A DNA stretch of 64,000 nucleotides from an uncultured Nitrospinota bacterium (GTDB taxonomy: Bacteria; Tectomicrobia; Entotheonellia; J063; CAVPRW01). This document shows positions 25,459 to 35,437 of the stretch, one piece after another. The stretch is from the NCBI GenBank assembly GCA_963707985.1, contig CAVPRW010000023.1, positions 172,776-236,775 on the forward strand, read 5' to 3'. Numbering within the stretch: the stretch's first letter is position 1; every line of letters starts with the position of its first letter. The notes below the pieces were generated by a model. The model searched no databases. It worked only from the letters and a program-made list of their open reading frames with translations, and had not been told where the DNA came from. The position numbers and the translations under genes were made by a program.

Positions 25459-25652
25459 TCGTCTAATAATCGGCGCGCAGGTGCATCAGAACCGAAAACC
25501 TCACAAAACCTTCATAACATGATGGGTCACAAGCACGTTAGCCGAATCTCACAATCTTCGAATGCTGCTCGAGCCATGGAAAGGTAATATTGTTTGCTAG
25601 GAGCTTAATATGACACCTTACACGTCGGGCCATGCTCCGGACGGTGCTTGCT

Positions 25653-26651
25653 TCATGTCAAAATAATCCGTTCCACCTCATCAAGCGTGATCTCGTCTTT
25701 CCTTCGGTCATAGAGCCCCGTGGTTCGAGATGACTCATGTGCTGCCATGTGCTGTGCGTGTTCGAGCTTGCCGCCATGTAACAGATACTGCGTGATTCCC
25801 GTGGCCCGAAACGTGTGGCAGCCGATGGGGGAGAGGATGCCGGCCGCACGAGCTCGGCGTTTGACCATGCGAAACGCATCAATGCGGTGCATGCGTTTAT
25901 CCGTCAAGCGTCCTGTCCGCCTCATCGCCGAGCGAAACAGCGGCGTGCCTTTCTCGTGGCCCATCCCCATCGCGTCCCGGTATGCATCCAAATTATCCTC
26001 AAGCTCGTGATGACAGGGGAGGGTATGCTCCTTGCCGCCTTTTTCATGGAGTCGCACCCACAGGCGCTTGCCTTGCTCATACACGTCTTCACCATTCATC
26101 TGCACCGCGGCCGACACGCGCGCAAAGGTATAGACCAGGAGGGAAATGAGGGCGCGATCGCGTAAGCCCACAAGCGTATCCGTCTTGATACTGTCAATTA
26201 GCACGCGCGCTTCTTCGCCCAAGAGCACGGGCGTTTTGCCTTTCTTCACGACATATGTGGGCCCGCGCACGGCACTGGCCGGATTGGACGACACGATCTG
26301 CCCGATGACGAGCCAATCAAATAGCATCCGGATCGCGGCCAGGTGCTGCTTGACCGATGGGGGCGCATGGGTGTTGCCGAGCCGCTCCACGTAGCCGGCC
26401 ACATGATGCGAGCGGATCTCCGACAACGCGTGAATCTTGCGCCGCTGGCACCACAGGAAAAACGCGCACACGTCCTGAAAGTAGGCGGCTCGGGTGTTCG
26501 GGTTTCTGATGTGGGCCGCGAAAAATTCGAGGAACCGGTAGGTCCCGTGCTCGCCGGACGACAGGACCAGCGCCGGCATGGCGCCTAACCCCGGTGCGAC
26601 CGGTAATGTTTCCTCATCATTGCCAGTAAAAAATTGGAGGTCGTTGGTCAT
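25653..26651 (-). CDS. Tyrosine recombinase (Xer-like)
   Basis: Catalytic residues R (TFARVS), K (EKGGK), HTFR, H (AAHES), Y (TGLYD); no IntI-specific insertion recognised. Confidence 0.92.
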   Translation of the reverse strand: MTNDLQFFTGNDEETLPVAPGLGAMPALVLSSGEHGTYRFLEFFAAHIRNPNTRAAYFQDVCAFFLWCQRRKIHALSEIRSHHVAGYVERLGNTHAPPSVKQHLAAIRMLFDWLVIGQIVSSNPASAVRGPTYVVKKGKTPVLLGEEARVLIDSIKTDTLVGLRDRALISLLVYTFARVSAAVQMNGEDVYEQGKRLWVRLHEKGGKEHTLPCHHELEDNLDAYRDAMGMGHEKGTPLFRSAMRRTGRLTDKRMHRIDAFRMVKRRARAAGILSPIGCHTFRATGITQYLLHGGKLEHAQHMAAHESSRTTGLYDRRKDEITLDEVERIILT

Positions 26652-26656
26652 ACCGT

Positions 26657-26688
26657 TAGTGTAACATAAAGGACGTTATGTTACACTA
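26657..26688. promoter_or_regulatory. Perfect dif-like recombination site (13 bp arms, 6 bp spacer)
   Basis: TAGTGTAACATAA-AGGACG-TTATGTTACACTA, 5 bp upstream of the recombinase start codon. Confidence 0.75.
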
Positions 26689-26736
26689 GTTTCTTGTCCA
26701 CAGGGCCTGAAAATGACCACCTCGCCAAGATTCCCG

Positions 26737-26953
26737 TCACGGTTCGCTCATTTTTTTGACGGTTTTCAACATTTGGCAAAGATGTGAAATCACAGAGTTT
26801 TTTCAAAGTTGACGGTCTGTCTGCTCTTTGCTTGTTCGGTCCCGTAGACCCATCCGTATCCTGTGGCGTGACGGTCAGGTTGTACGAGGGTTCCGAAAAT
26901 CAACGAGTTATACGGCAATGTTTGGAACTGGTCAAAAAATGAGCGAACCGTGA
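26737..26953. mobile_element. MITE-like element (~217 bp)
   Basis: Terminal inverted repeats TCACGGTTCGCTCATTTTT..GAC, extending imperfectly to ~40 bp; no ORF. Confidence 0.65.
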
Positions 26954-27962
26954 GTTCCCATTACGTATATGGCTGCCTAACCCGACCGTATGCAGAGGCA
27001 CAAACATTTTTGCCGCGCACCCGATAGAGGCCCTGCAGGAGCAAACGCGGGAACATTGACGCGAAGCGAGTGGGCAAGAGCCTCTAGATTGTACGCTACC
27101 CAGAATGAGTCATGGTGGGTAATAGGTCTAGATTGATTGTCAAAACTCATGAAGAGGGGAGGATTGCGGGCCTTTGATTTTCGATGGAGTAAAAGAGGGC
27201 TTCTTCGTGACGGCATCGCTGATTGCCAAGTATGGCGGTGCTTCTGGAAAGAAATGGGCCGTTTTTGGCGCGCGGGGGGCGGCTTTAAGAAAAAACGGAA
27301 AATGTGCATTCAAGGAAAGTCGTTCAAGGGCTAACTCTTCCTCGGAAAATCTGTTTCGTAGTTGAGCCACGTGGCATAAAGACATCCGCATCTCGGGCAG
27401 CCCTTCATGGGGTTGATCTTTTTCACCGGGTCGTATATCGGCTGCCTCCATTTATGCAGGCAGTCGTAATATCGGTAGTGGGCATCAACCATTTCGCTTC
27501 TTCTTTCGCTTTGCGGCCATTTCCTGCCGTGCCCGCTCTTGGAAGCGGGCATATTCCGGGTCTGGTGTATCCGCAAGCCGCCTATACGGATTTGAACGGA
27601 TTATTCTGCAAAGCGTTCAAGGCGACCACGTGAAGGAGACCTTCGAAAGAGTACGTCGCCTTCGGAGCAGCGGGCGATTGTCTCTTGCTTCATATACCGA
27701 CACCGGCAGACTCTCCTCTGCTGGAGCGGGTTCACAAAGAAAGAGCTCTGCGAACGCCCCCTGCTGTTTCAGTTACTATTATGGTGCAACCCATGGCAGA
27801 AGCTGGTATACATGGTGCGGACTTAACGTGACTCAGTTGATCGGTGAAAATTTGTATTAACACTACGACTATCGCGCGTCTGAGGCCTCGTCAGACCTCT
27901 GAGTAGAATAGTTACTTGTCAGGCAGTCGTAGCCGGGGTGGGGACTGGATGGGAGATATGCG

Positions 27963-28403
27963 ATGGACTCAAAAGATCGAGATATCAGTGCTGCCCAGAT
28001 ATTCGAGGATGCAATAAACCAACTGTTTGAAGTCCACCACCGCGACCAAGGCGGAAGCCGTGGTTCACCGACCCGTGTAATAGAGTTAAATTTAAGTGAA
28101 AATCCTGATAGCATTCTAATCAGAGTGAATATGCAAGGTGTGGTACCCCCCAATTTGGATTTCACCAGTGCGATAATTAATAAACGTGGCATTGTTCAAG
28201 ATGCTTTATCACAATTCAGTGTCGGTGATCTTAATGCTATCATCACAATGTGTTCCTACGCATCACACGGTGGTGAACTACACATAAATATTCCTGTTAG
28301 TGGTGGCACTGATACCTTTTGTCGCCTTGGTTTAGCTGGTGATAGCAGCACCCATGCACCACGGCCTCCTCAACCTCCTCGTACGGGTTTTACCGCCACC
28401 TAG
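27963..28403 (+). CDS. Hypothetical protein
   Basis: 146 aa low-GC ORF with GGAG upstream; apparently co-transcribed with the next gene. Confidence 0.55.
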   Translation: MDSKDRDISAAQIFEDAINQLFEVHHRDQGGSRGSPTRVIELNLSENPDSILIRVNMQGVVPPNLDFTSAIINKRGIVQDALSQFSVGDLNAIITMCSYASHGGELHINIPVSGGTDTFCRLGLAGDSSTHAPRPPQPPRTGFTAT

Positions 28404-28430
28404 GCCCCTGAAGAGTGAGGATGGAAAGAA

Positions 28431-29419
28431 ATGTTTTCAGAACTCCCCAAGCTTTTGGATCGAAACTTTGCTATCGGGTATTTTTTACCAGCGGTAACAT
28501 TCCTCGCAGTGAGTGGCTATCTATTGACAAAATTTAAGCTCATTCAACTGCTCTTACTAAGTCAGACTGATATTCTGGTGGGTACTACTATTGCTGGGTT
28601 GATATCGTGGCTTGGTGGCATATTCCTCCTTGCAGCAAACTGGCGCATAATACGGCTTATGGAAGGATATGGGAAACTCAATCCGTTAGGTATTTTTAAG
28701 GGGATTGAAAAGCGACGGTATAGAAAACTTCATAACGCTATATCAGAATTGAAAAAAAAGTAAAAGCATATGTCGATCAAGAACCTCCAGAAGAGCTTTT
28801 AAATGCCTATGATAAACTGCTGGAAAAAGCCGCGAAGCGGTTTCCTGACAGGGAAGATCTTGTTCTTCCGACCTCATTTGGGAATATTGTCCGATCCTTC
28901 GAGGTATATTCTCGTGTGATGTATGGGTTTGAGGCAATTGAAGGTTGGGAGAGATTAACTGCAGTGATTCCGAAAAGTTATATGGAAGTGGTCAATACTG
29001 TTCAAGCAGAAACCAATTTTTGGGTGAATTTAGGTTTTATTAGCATCCTACTATTATTTGAATATATTGGGATAGTCATATACACCCGACAATTTGAGCT
29101 ATATTGGTTTCCTATATTGCCTATTGTGGTGGGACTGATCGCATTATCGACTGCAAAAACTTCTGCCCATGGATGGGGTGTAACAGTAAAAGCAGCAGTC
29201 GATCTTTTTCTGCCTGACCTTTGCACTAAACTACAATTCTTGCCTCCCCTGACTAAGGATCAAGAGCGGCAGCTGTGGACCCAGTATAGCCAAGCAATTC
29301 TCTACAACTTGCCTGATTTAATGCCGCGGCGAGTTCAGCCACAAGCTGGAATGAGCACCATTAGAGACACTGTTGTTCGGGACAATGAAGACCTTCATAA
29401 GGGATCATTACCCTCTTAG
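28431..29419 (+). pseudogene. Conserved hypothetical membrane protein, frameshifted in an A-run near 28752-28759
   Basis: TM helices; the shifted frame continues LPTSFGNIVRSFEVYSRVMYGFEAIEGWERL into the 28916 ORF. Confidence 0.65.
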
Positions 29420-30157
29420 ATTGAGGAGGAACTCCAGGAAAGTATACGTATAGTAGGTCCTCTACGTGGACGACGTTCGTTCGAGAAGGTTACTTTCTCC
29501 TGAGAAAGTAACCTTTGAGCAAGAAGGTCATCTTAACGTTGTGATGAGAAGCGTCGGCGGCACGACCAATGCCCCGGCGCTTCGTTCTTTCTAGCAGGCC
29601 TATTGGTGAGGTCAACACAAATTGTATGAAAGGCACGCCAAAAACGCTTGAGTAACAGTGGGGGTCAGGAGTTTTGGCGGGGTCTGCCAGAATGCGCCGA
29701 AAACGAGGGTTTTGGCGGTGTGTAAACCGAATGCGCCAAAAAGGACCCCTTTTTTTAGCCTGGTCTAGTACCGATAACATGCTTTTATCAAGAGTAACGA
29801 GGGCCATCAACAAGTTCCTCACCCGGGCCGACGGGTTGGCGCAATCCCCCAAATCGTCGGCACTGTTTTTAAGCGGATTCAGCTCAGGACCGCTGGCAGG
29901 ATGTCGTACTTTTAGATGGAAAGCGACAATTTTCCTCAGATAGTATGTCTCAAAACTCAATCAACACTTAAATATCGGGATTTTGATTTGGAGATGGACT
30001 TTGTAGACACTCAACTATCCATCATACCGGCGAAGGGTGTCGGGTGCGCTGCTTGTCCACAAACGAGGGTTTTCGGGAACGTCACTTCTTTGGTGCATCA
30101 TAGCACTGTCGTACCCTTACCGTAGGTTTTCGCACGGTTGCGGCCTGGAACCCACGT

Positions 30158-30242
30158 AGGTCGTAGGCGTCCTGGCGCTTGCCCTGGGACTGCCACAGGC
30201 GGGCGAGGCTCATGGTGGCACGCAGTTCCCAGGCTTTGGCAA
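30158..30242 (-). pseudogene. Short remnant of an AAA/TPR adenylate cyclase-type protein C-terminus
   Basis: AKAWELRATMSLARLWQSQGKRQDAYDL. Confidence 0.6.
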
Positions 30243-30281
30243 ATCGCCTCCACAGACCGTTCCCATAGGCTCGAAAAAGCA

Positions 30282-31250
30282 TCAGTCGAGACTGTGATTC
30301 GACCGATGATACCGCAGAACAATATCGGGGTCGGGTGACAATGCGGTGACCGCATTGTCCTTACCATCGTAAGGGAGGATGGAGAGGAGATAGCGCATGC
30401 TCTCCAGACGTGCCTTCTTCTTATCGTTTGCTTTCACGATGATCCAGGGCGCGTAGGCGGTGTGGGTCTTGCTGAACATCTCCTCTTTGTATTTCGTATA
30501 TGCGTCCCAGTTTTCCTGTGCCCGATCGTCGACCGGACTGATCTTCCACTGCTTGAGGGGGTCCTTCTGTCGTGACTTGAAACGCTCTTTCTGCACCTCT
30601 TTCGAGATGGAGAACCAGAATTTGATTAATTCGACCCCGTCTTCATAGAGCATGTGTTCGAACTCAGGCACTTGTTGCATGAAGACTTTGTACTGGGTAT
30701 TGTTACAAAATCCCATCACCGGTTCGACGACCGCCCGATTATACCAACTGCGATCGAAACAGGTAATCTCGCCGGGGTTGGCCAACTGTGCGGCATAGCG
30801 CTGGAAGTACCATTGCCCCTTCTCCACTTCGGTCGGCTTGGGCAAGGCCACGACTCGTGCAGTTCGTGGGTTAAGGTGCTCGATGAATCGTCGGATGCTG
30901 CCACCTTTCCCCGCGGCATCTCGGCCTTCAAAGAGGACGACAATACGCCTTCCGGTCAGCTGAACCGTTCGCTGGAGCTTAACCAGCTCAATCTGGAGTT
31001 TCTCCAACTCCTGTTCGTATTTAAGCTTCACAAGGGTTTTGCTGACGTTCATGTTTTTTGTGCTCAGCAACGTCATCAGCCCTTTCTTTGTGTTGACTGA
31101 CGCAATCTCCTCTGCGGTCAAGCGGACATTCTTTTTCAGGGTTCGGCCCACAAGCTTCTCGTTGTCCGTCAGAGCATTATGGTTCCCTCTCTCCTCGTTT
31201 AAAACGGATACCGGCTGAGCGCGATACTCAATTCCATTGTTTCCCTTCAT
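30282..31250 (-). CDS. ppk2: Polyphosphate kinase 2
   Basis: Walker A FEGRDAAGKG, WYFQRY, FDRSWYNRA, KQWKISPVD. Confidence 0.95.
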   Translation of the reverse strand: MKGNNGIEYRAQPVSVLNEERGNHNALTDNEKLVGRTLKKNVRLTAEEIASVNTKKGLMTLLSTKNMNVSKTLVKLKYEQELEKLQIELVKLQRTVQLTGRRIVVLFEGRDAAGKGGSIRRFIEHLNPRTARVVALPKPTEVEKGQWYFQRYAAQLANPGEITCFDRSWYNRAVVEPVMGFCNNTQYKVFMQQVPEFEHMLYEDGVELIKFWFSISKEVQKERFKSRQKDPLKQWKISPVDDRAQENWDAYTKYKEEMFSKTHTAYAPWIIVKANDKKKARLESMRYLLSILPYDGKDNAVTALSPDPDIVLRYHRSNHSLD

Positions 31251-31476
31251 GATTTTACTCCCTATTCTATGGTCAGGAGCCATTCCTTCATTCATCTTGG
31301 GGTCACAGAAGGGACGGTGCGATGCGAGGCAATAAAGATCGTAACCTATTGAAAATATAAATCTTCGAGAACGCCCTGCAACAGTCGATTTCCTATGGGG
31401 CAGGGCACACATCGGGGATTCAGATCGTTGAGAATCAATACGTGAGGAATGCCTGGTTCGCTTGTTGCGTCCTATC

Positions 31477-31884
31477 TCACGTTCCCTCCTGCTGGCCCAT
31501 CTTGGCCCGTGGACAAACGACCACCTTCATATTGGGATACTGCTCAAACAGCGGTCGAAGCACGGCATCATCTTGGCTGCATAAGGCCACAGACACAACT
31601 GAATGGGGATTGAATCGCTGGACTAACTGGGCTGAAAAGAAGGCTTGCCCCATGAGGTACATGCCCAGACGGCTCGCCTTCGTCTGGATCACGATGACGT
31701 CCTTACCCGCAAGGGATACCTCTGATCGCGGCGCAATCCTGAATTCACCATCGAGGACAATAAGACCATCTAACACACGCCGCCCGCACTGTGATGTCCC
31801 GTCAACGGCAACAAACTCCTCGATCAGGGTGCCACCGACCTGTTGCCAATACCAGCGGGTCATCGGGGTCTCGTGCTTGCTCAT
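31477..31884 (-). CDS. Integron cassette gene, PD-(D/E)XK-like hypothetical protein
   Basis: Follows GTTAGCC; LDGLIV...IQTK...YLMGQ. Confidence 0.6.
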   Translation of the reverse strand: MSKHETPMTRWYWQQVGGTLIEEFVAVDGTSQCGRRVLDGLIVLDGEFRIAPRSEVSLAGKDVIVIQTKASRLGMYLMGQAFFSAQLVQRFNPHSVVSVALCSQDDAVLRPLFEQYPNMKVVVCPRAKMGQQEGT

Positions 31885-31899
31885 GACTCAACCTTTAGG

Positions 31900-31964
31900 G
31901 GCTAACGTGCCCGAGTTCAGGGCGCTGCGCATGCGCGGCACCCCACTGGAACGACATGTGAGGC
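31900..31964 (-). other. attC site (R'' mutated GCCTAAC->GCCTCAC)
   Basis: GCCTCAC...TTCCAGTGG...CCCTGAA...GTTAGCC imperfect palindrome between co-oriented genes. Confidence 0.75.
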
Positions 31965-32492
31965 CAAGCTGTTCACCCTCACGCGCATGAGTGCCCAAGC
32001 GTCCTTGTATGGCGCGAGCTCATCGAGTGGCACATTGACTGCCATGTTGCCCAGCTTCCGCTGCCCACCCGTTCTGAGCGGCCGGTTGTCTTCGCGTTGC
32101 ACGGCGTCGATATAAACGCGGTTGGCTACTTCACGTGGCACGACATAGAACGTGAGATGCTCGAACCCAAGGGAACCATCATGCTGGTGCGTGCTAGCAG
32201 CCTGTCGGTCAAGGTTGACGAACACGACAAAGTCGGCGACGAACTTCTCTGCTGTCAGGTCACATTCCCCCGCGCACTGAGTCAGGTAAACCTGATCTCG
32301 CGCGGGGCTGTAGCCGGTTTTCACCTGAACGAGCAGTTTTCGTGTTGGGTCGTCGGTGTCGATGATCAGGTCGCTTCCGGCGAAGTTGGCTCTCAGTCCC
32401 GCAGTGTTATATGCAGGGATGCCATGCATCCAGCATTTGGCGGTCGCTGCCGCTTCGCCGATTTTGCCATGAGATTGCGTTTTTCTTAGCAC
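31917..32492 (-). CDS. Integron cassette gene, PD-(D/E)XK endonuclease-like (reads through into attC)
   Basis: GKIGE...SDLII...LVQVKT; follows GTTAGGC at 32542-32548. Confidence 0.65.
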   Translation of the reverse strand: MLRKTQSHGKIGEAAATAKCWMHGIPAYNTAGLRANFAGSDLIIDTDDPTRKLLVQVKTGYSPARDQVYLTQCAGECDLTAEKFVADFVVFVNLDRQAASTHQHDGSLGFEHLTFYVVPREVANRVYIDAVQREDNRPLRTGGQRKLGNMAVNVPLDELAPYKDAWALMRVRVNSLASHVVPVGCRACAAP

Positions 32493-32545
32493 GTCGTATT
32501 GCTCATTCCCTGCGATTATATCGCAATGTGCATCGGTCGGGGCCT

Positions 32546-32802
32546 AACCATTGATTAACAGGCCATTTTGCCCTGATAAGGCGATATTGGCGGGGTTTTC
32601 GGGCAGTTTTGCCCGATGCTTGTTAGCAACGCTCATAGGGCACCATGACAACATCAACCTTGTATCCCTGATACGAGCCGCAGTCAACCACTCCAACCCC
32701 TGCAATGAAGTCCAAACGTGCTGTGAGGGAAGGCCGCTGTCGCAAAAAAGGGTTGTTTTCGGGATGGGTGAGATTGTCCCAAAAACGGAGGGTTTTCGGG
32801 AC
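32546..32802 (-). repeat. res-like palindromes + promoter + attI-like site, copy 1
   Basis: ~240 bp direct repeat of 33551-33792; homology ends exactly at GTT of GTTAGGC. Confidence 0.7.
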
Positions 32803-32863
32803 TGAGCCATGCCTCTGCTTCCCACCAAAGCGCACTGCGGCCTAGGGCCATGTCCAGGACGCG

Positions 32864-33523
32864 CTACTTGGGGAGGACCAGCAGCGTGCCCTGCATGTTG
32901 GGCAGGTGCTTGGTGCACATCACGGCGTAGAGACCCGGCTTGCCCGCTGTGAAACTCACGCGCGTAATTTGCCCGCGTTTCACGGTGAACGATGCCACAT
33001 GGTCTTGAATAGTCGCGGGGTGTTCATCACCGTTGATCCCCACGACCTCCAGCGTCACGGCCTCGCCCTCTTTGACCACGAGGGTGCCCGGCGACCACTG
33101 ATAGGCCGATACCTCCCAGCGGCCGCTGGGGTTTGGCGGGGTCTTGCTGTACCCACTGCCTGGCGGGAGCGGTGCCTCCGGATACGCTTCTTTGTCCTGT
33201 TGCGCTCCGCCTTTCATCTCCACCGCCGCCATGTAGATCACGCGTCCTCCCGATTGGGCCCAGAGGGCATCAGCCCCGCCTACGACGAATGCCACCAGGG
33301 CAGCCAGCCCCACCAGGGCCGTCACACGGCGGCGCCAGCCCCTTCGTCCCACAACCTTCACGGGTATCATGTCACACGCCCTCCTCCCACGCTGTCGGAT
33401 GTCATGGCGCAGGTGGTGGATCGAGGTCACCCTCACCAACCGTTGTGCACAGCCCTCTGCGCCATGGTCGCTTGCGCTATGCTCCCCTATGATGCGCCAT
33501 GGCGTCTTGGCCGGTGAACGCAT
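32864..33523 (-). CDS. Cupredoxin-domain exported protein
   Basis: Hydrophobic signal segment; H...CTKHLPNM type-1 copper ligands; start uncertain. Confidence 0.8.
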   Translation of the reverse strand: MRSPAKTPWRIIGEHSASDHGAEGCAQRLVRVTSIHHLRHDIRQRGRRACDMIPVKVVGRRGWRRRVTALVGLAALVAFVVGGADALWAQSGGRVIYMAAVEMKGGAQQDKEAYPEAPLPPGSGYSKTPPNPSGRWEVSAYQWSPGTLVVKEGEAVTLEVVGINGDEHPATIQDHVASFTVKRGQITRVSFTAGKPGLYAVMCTKHLPNMQGTLLVLPK

Positions 33524-33550
33524 GGTATCGCCCTCCTTGTGTTGACGCCG

Positions 33551-33792
33551 AACCATTGATTAACAAGTCATTTTGCCCTAATAAGGCGATACTGGCGTGG
33601 TTTTCGGGCAGTTTTGCCAATGCCCAGTATCAACGCTCTCAGGGCGCCATGACAACGGAAACCTTATATGCCTAACGCGAGCCGCAGTCAACAACCCCAA
33701 CCCTCAATGAAGTCCGAACGTGCTGTGTTGTGAGAGAAGGGCGTTGTCACAAAAAAGGGTTGTTTTCGGGATGGGTGAGATTGTCCCAAAAA
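33551..33792 (-). repeat. res-like palindromes + promoter + attI-like site, copy 2
   Basis: Direct repeat ending at GTT of GTTCGGC; TTGACT-17 bp-TATAAG at 33691-33663. Confidence 0.7.
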
Positions 33793-35397
33793 GGCCCAAA
33801 CCCAACAAGCATGTCACCAGAGGCAATAAGGAAGTGATGAGCTCTAAAGCCTGAGAATTGAAAGAGTTCTCCGACCATACCTTTCATCCCCTGGACTTCC
33901 AGAGGCACCGGGAGAAACTCTTTGTAGCCTCTGCATAAGGCGGTAGTGCGCAATCCTGAAAGAGAATGCGTTATTCTCTTTCAGCCAAACAATTGTAGTT
34001 AGGCGGACGGCTCCCCTGGCTTTCATGTACTACAGGAGGTGCTTCCCACAAACCTCGCCATCGATTCCGATACATATGCGGGGAGTTAACCGGATCTTGT
34101 TTGGCATATGGATGTTCGATTGTTCGATGAGTAACAAAGCCACATAGAGCGGAAAAATTCCCCCAATCTTGTGATGGGAAGCATTGATATCCCAGGGCTT
34201 ATGCGGCTTCGGCAAGGTCGTCTTAACTCCCCACCAGTGTATCGCAAATGCTGACGCGGTTTGTATCGTATTGAATTACATGGCGATCGTCAGATCGTAT
34301 TGGAAACGATAATGGCAGTACCGCTCATTTTCGTCCGTCTGCTACCGGCGGTCCAGTTAGTTCCTTGCTGATGTAAAGGGTAGGAACTCAATTCCTACCC
34401 TAACGCGTAGATTTGTTGATTTTCAGATAGATCGATCGGAAAGTCTACCATGGGTCTAGGATACCACAACCAGCGCGGTAGCTACACATGAACCAAATTT
34501 ACTGTATCAGTGTATTCACTGCATGTACATGATCTCTTACATAAGGACGAGCATCGTTTGTACGTATCAGAACGTCAAAATGATTGCGCCGCAAAAAATC
34601 GACTACTATTTCACGTGTCGAAAATTTTTCTGATTTGTTGGAACGGAAGTCATGACAAGCAATACAGGCATATCTCGTTCGGTTTATCATTTCTTTCATT
34701 CCCTTTATCGCAAGCCGTTCTCCCCCTTCAATATTCATCTTGAGCAGGTCGATGTACTCAATCTGGGCACGCTTGCAGATCTCATCTAATGGCAAGCCTT
34801 GGATCTTAATAACGGCCGTTGCGGTGGGTTGAAACTCCGTACTGTTAAGCTCATGATTGGCGAGGTCTTCAATATAAACATCGCCTTCTTTATCAATAGC
34901 AGCAACTTTGATACAGATAGTATTAGTAAGATGATTTAACTCGCAGAATTTTTCCAGGCGGCGGAAAGTTTTTGGATGAGCTTCGATAGAAATCACCTTT
35001 CCAGATACCCCAACGGATCGAGAAAACACTAAGGTATCAAACCCGACTCCAGCTCCAACATCTACAATTATATCACCATCACTGGGTTTATAAAGATAGA
35101 ACCAGTAGTCATTTGCTGCCTCAAATACGCTTTCAATGTGGTCCATGGACAGTCCTCCTTGGCAACAGGGATAGGAGCGAAGGGGTGAGACGCGAGGCCT
35201 GCTGGCGACGCACCTGTGCGGGCCGGCATCGGCGCGAGTGTACCGGGGTGAGGTGCCGGTGTCAATTGATAGGCGGTGGCCCAAACCTCATCATAATTCC
35301 CTTTCCGCCAGTGGGGAGGGTATTGCTCATTCCCTTTCATCCGATGGGGTCATTTCTGCTTATTGCCTCTGGTGACAAGCTTGTTGGGTTTGGGCCT
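33792..35397. mobile_element. Non-autonomous transposon-like element with 39 bp terminal inverted repeats
   Basis: AGGCCCAAACCCAACAAGC(A/T)TGTCACCAGAGGCAATAAG at both ends, one mismatch; no transposase recognised. Confidence 0.75.
34499..35146 (-). CDS. FkbM family methyltransferase
   Basis: IVDVGAGVG, ISIEAHP, LLKMNIEGGE; low GC. Confidence 0.85.
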   Translation of the reverse strand: MDHIESVFEAANDYWFYLYKPSDGDIIVDVGAGVGFDTLVFSRSVGVSGKVISIEAHPKTFRRLEKFCELNHLTNTICIKVAAIDKEGDVYIEDLANHELNSTEFQPTATAVIKIQGLPLDEICKRAQIEYIDLLKMNIEGGERLAIKGMKEMINRTRYACIACHDFRSNKSEKFSTREIVVDFLRRNHFDVLIRTNDARPYVRDHVHAVNTLIQ

Positions 35398-35437
35398 AAG
35401 TGACAGATACAACCTAGAGGCCCTTGCATTCGACAGT

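Noticed and set aside
25653..26651. Tyrosine recombinase as the integron integrase IntI
   Set aside because: No IntI-specific insertion or HTLRHSFATH/TTMIYTH motifs recognised; it has its own palindromic site.
27331..27576. Small Cys-rich ORF (CLHKW...CPRCGC)
   Set aside because: Could be a zinc ribbon, but it is short, overlaps alternative ORFs and has no supporting context.
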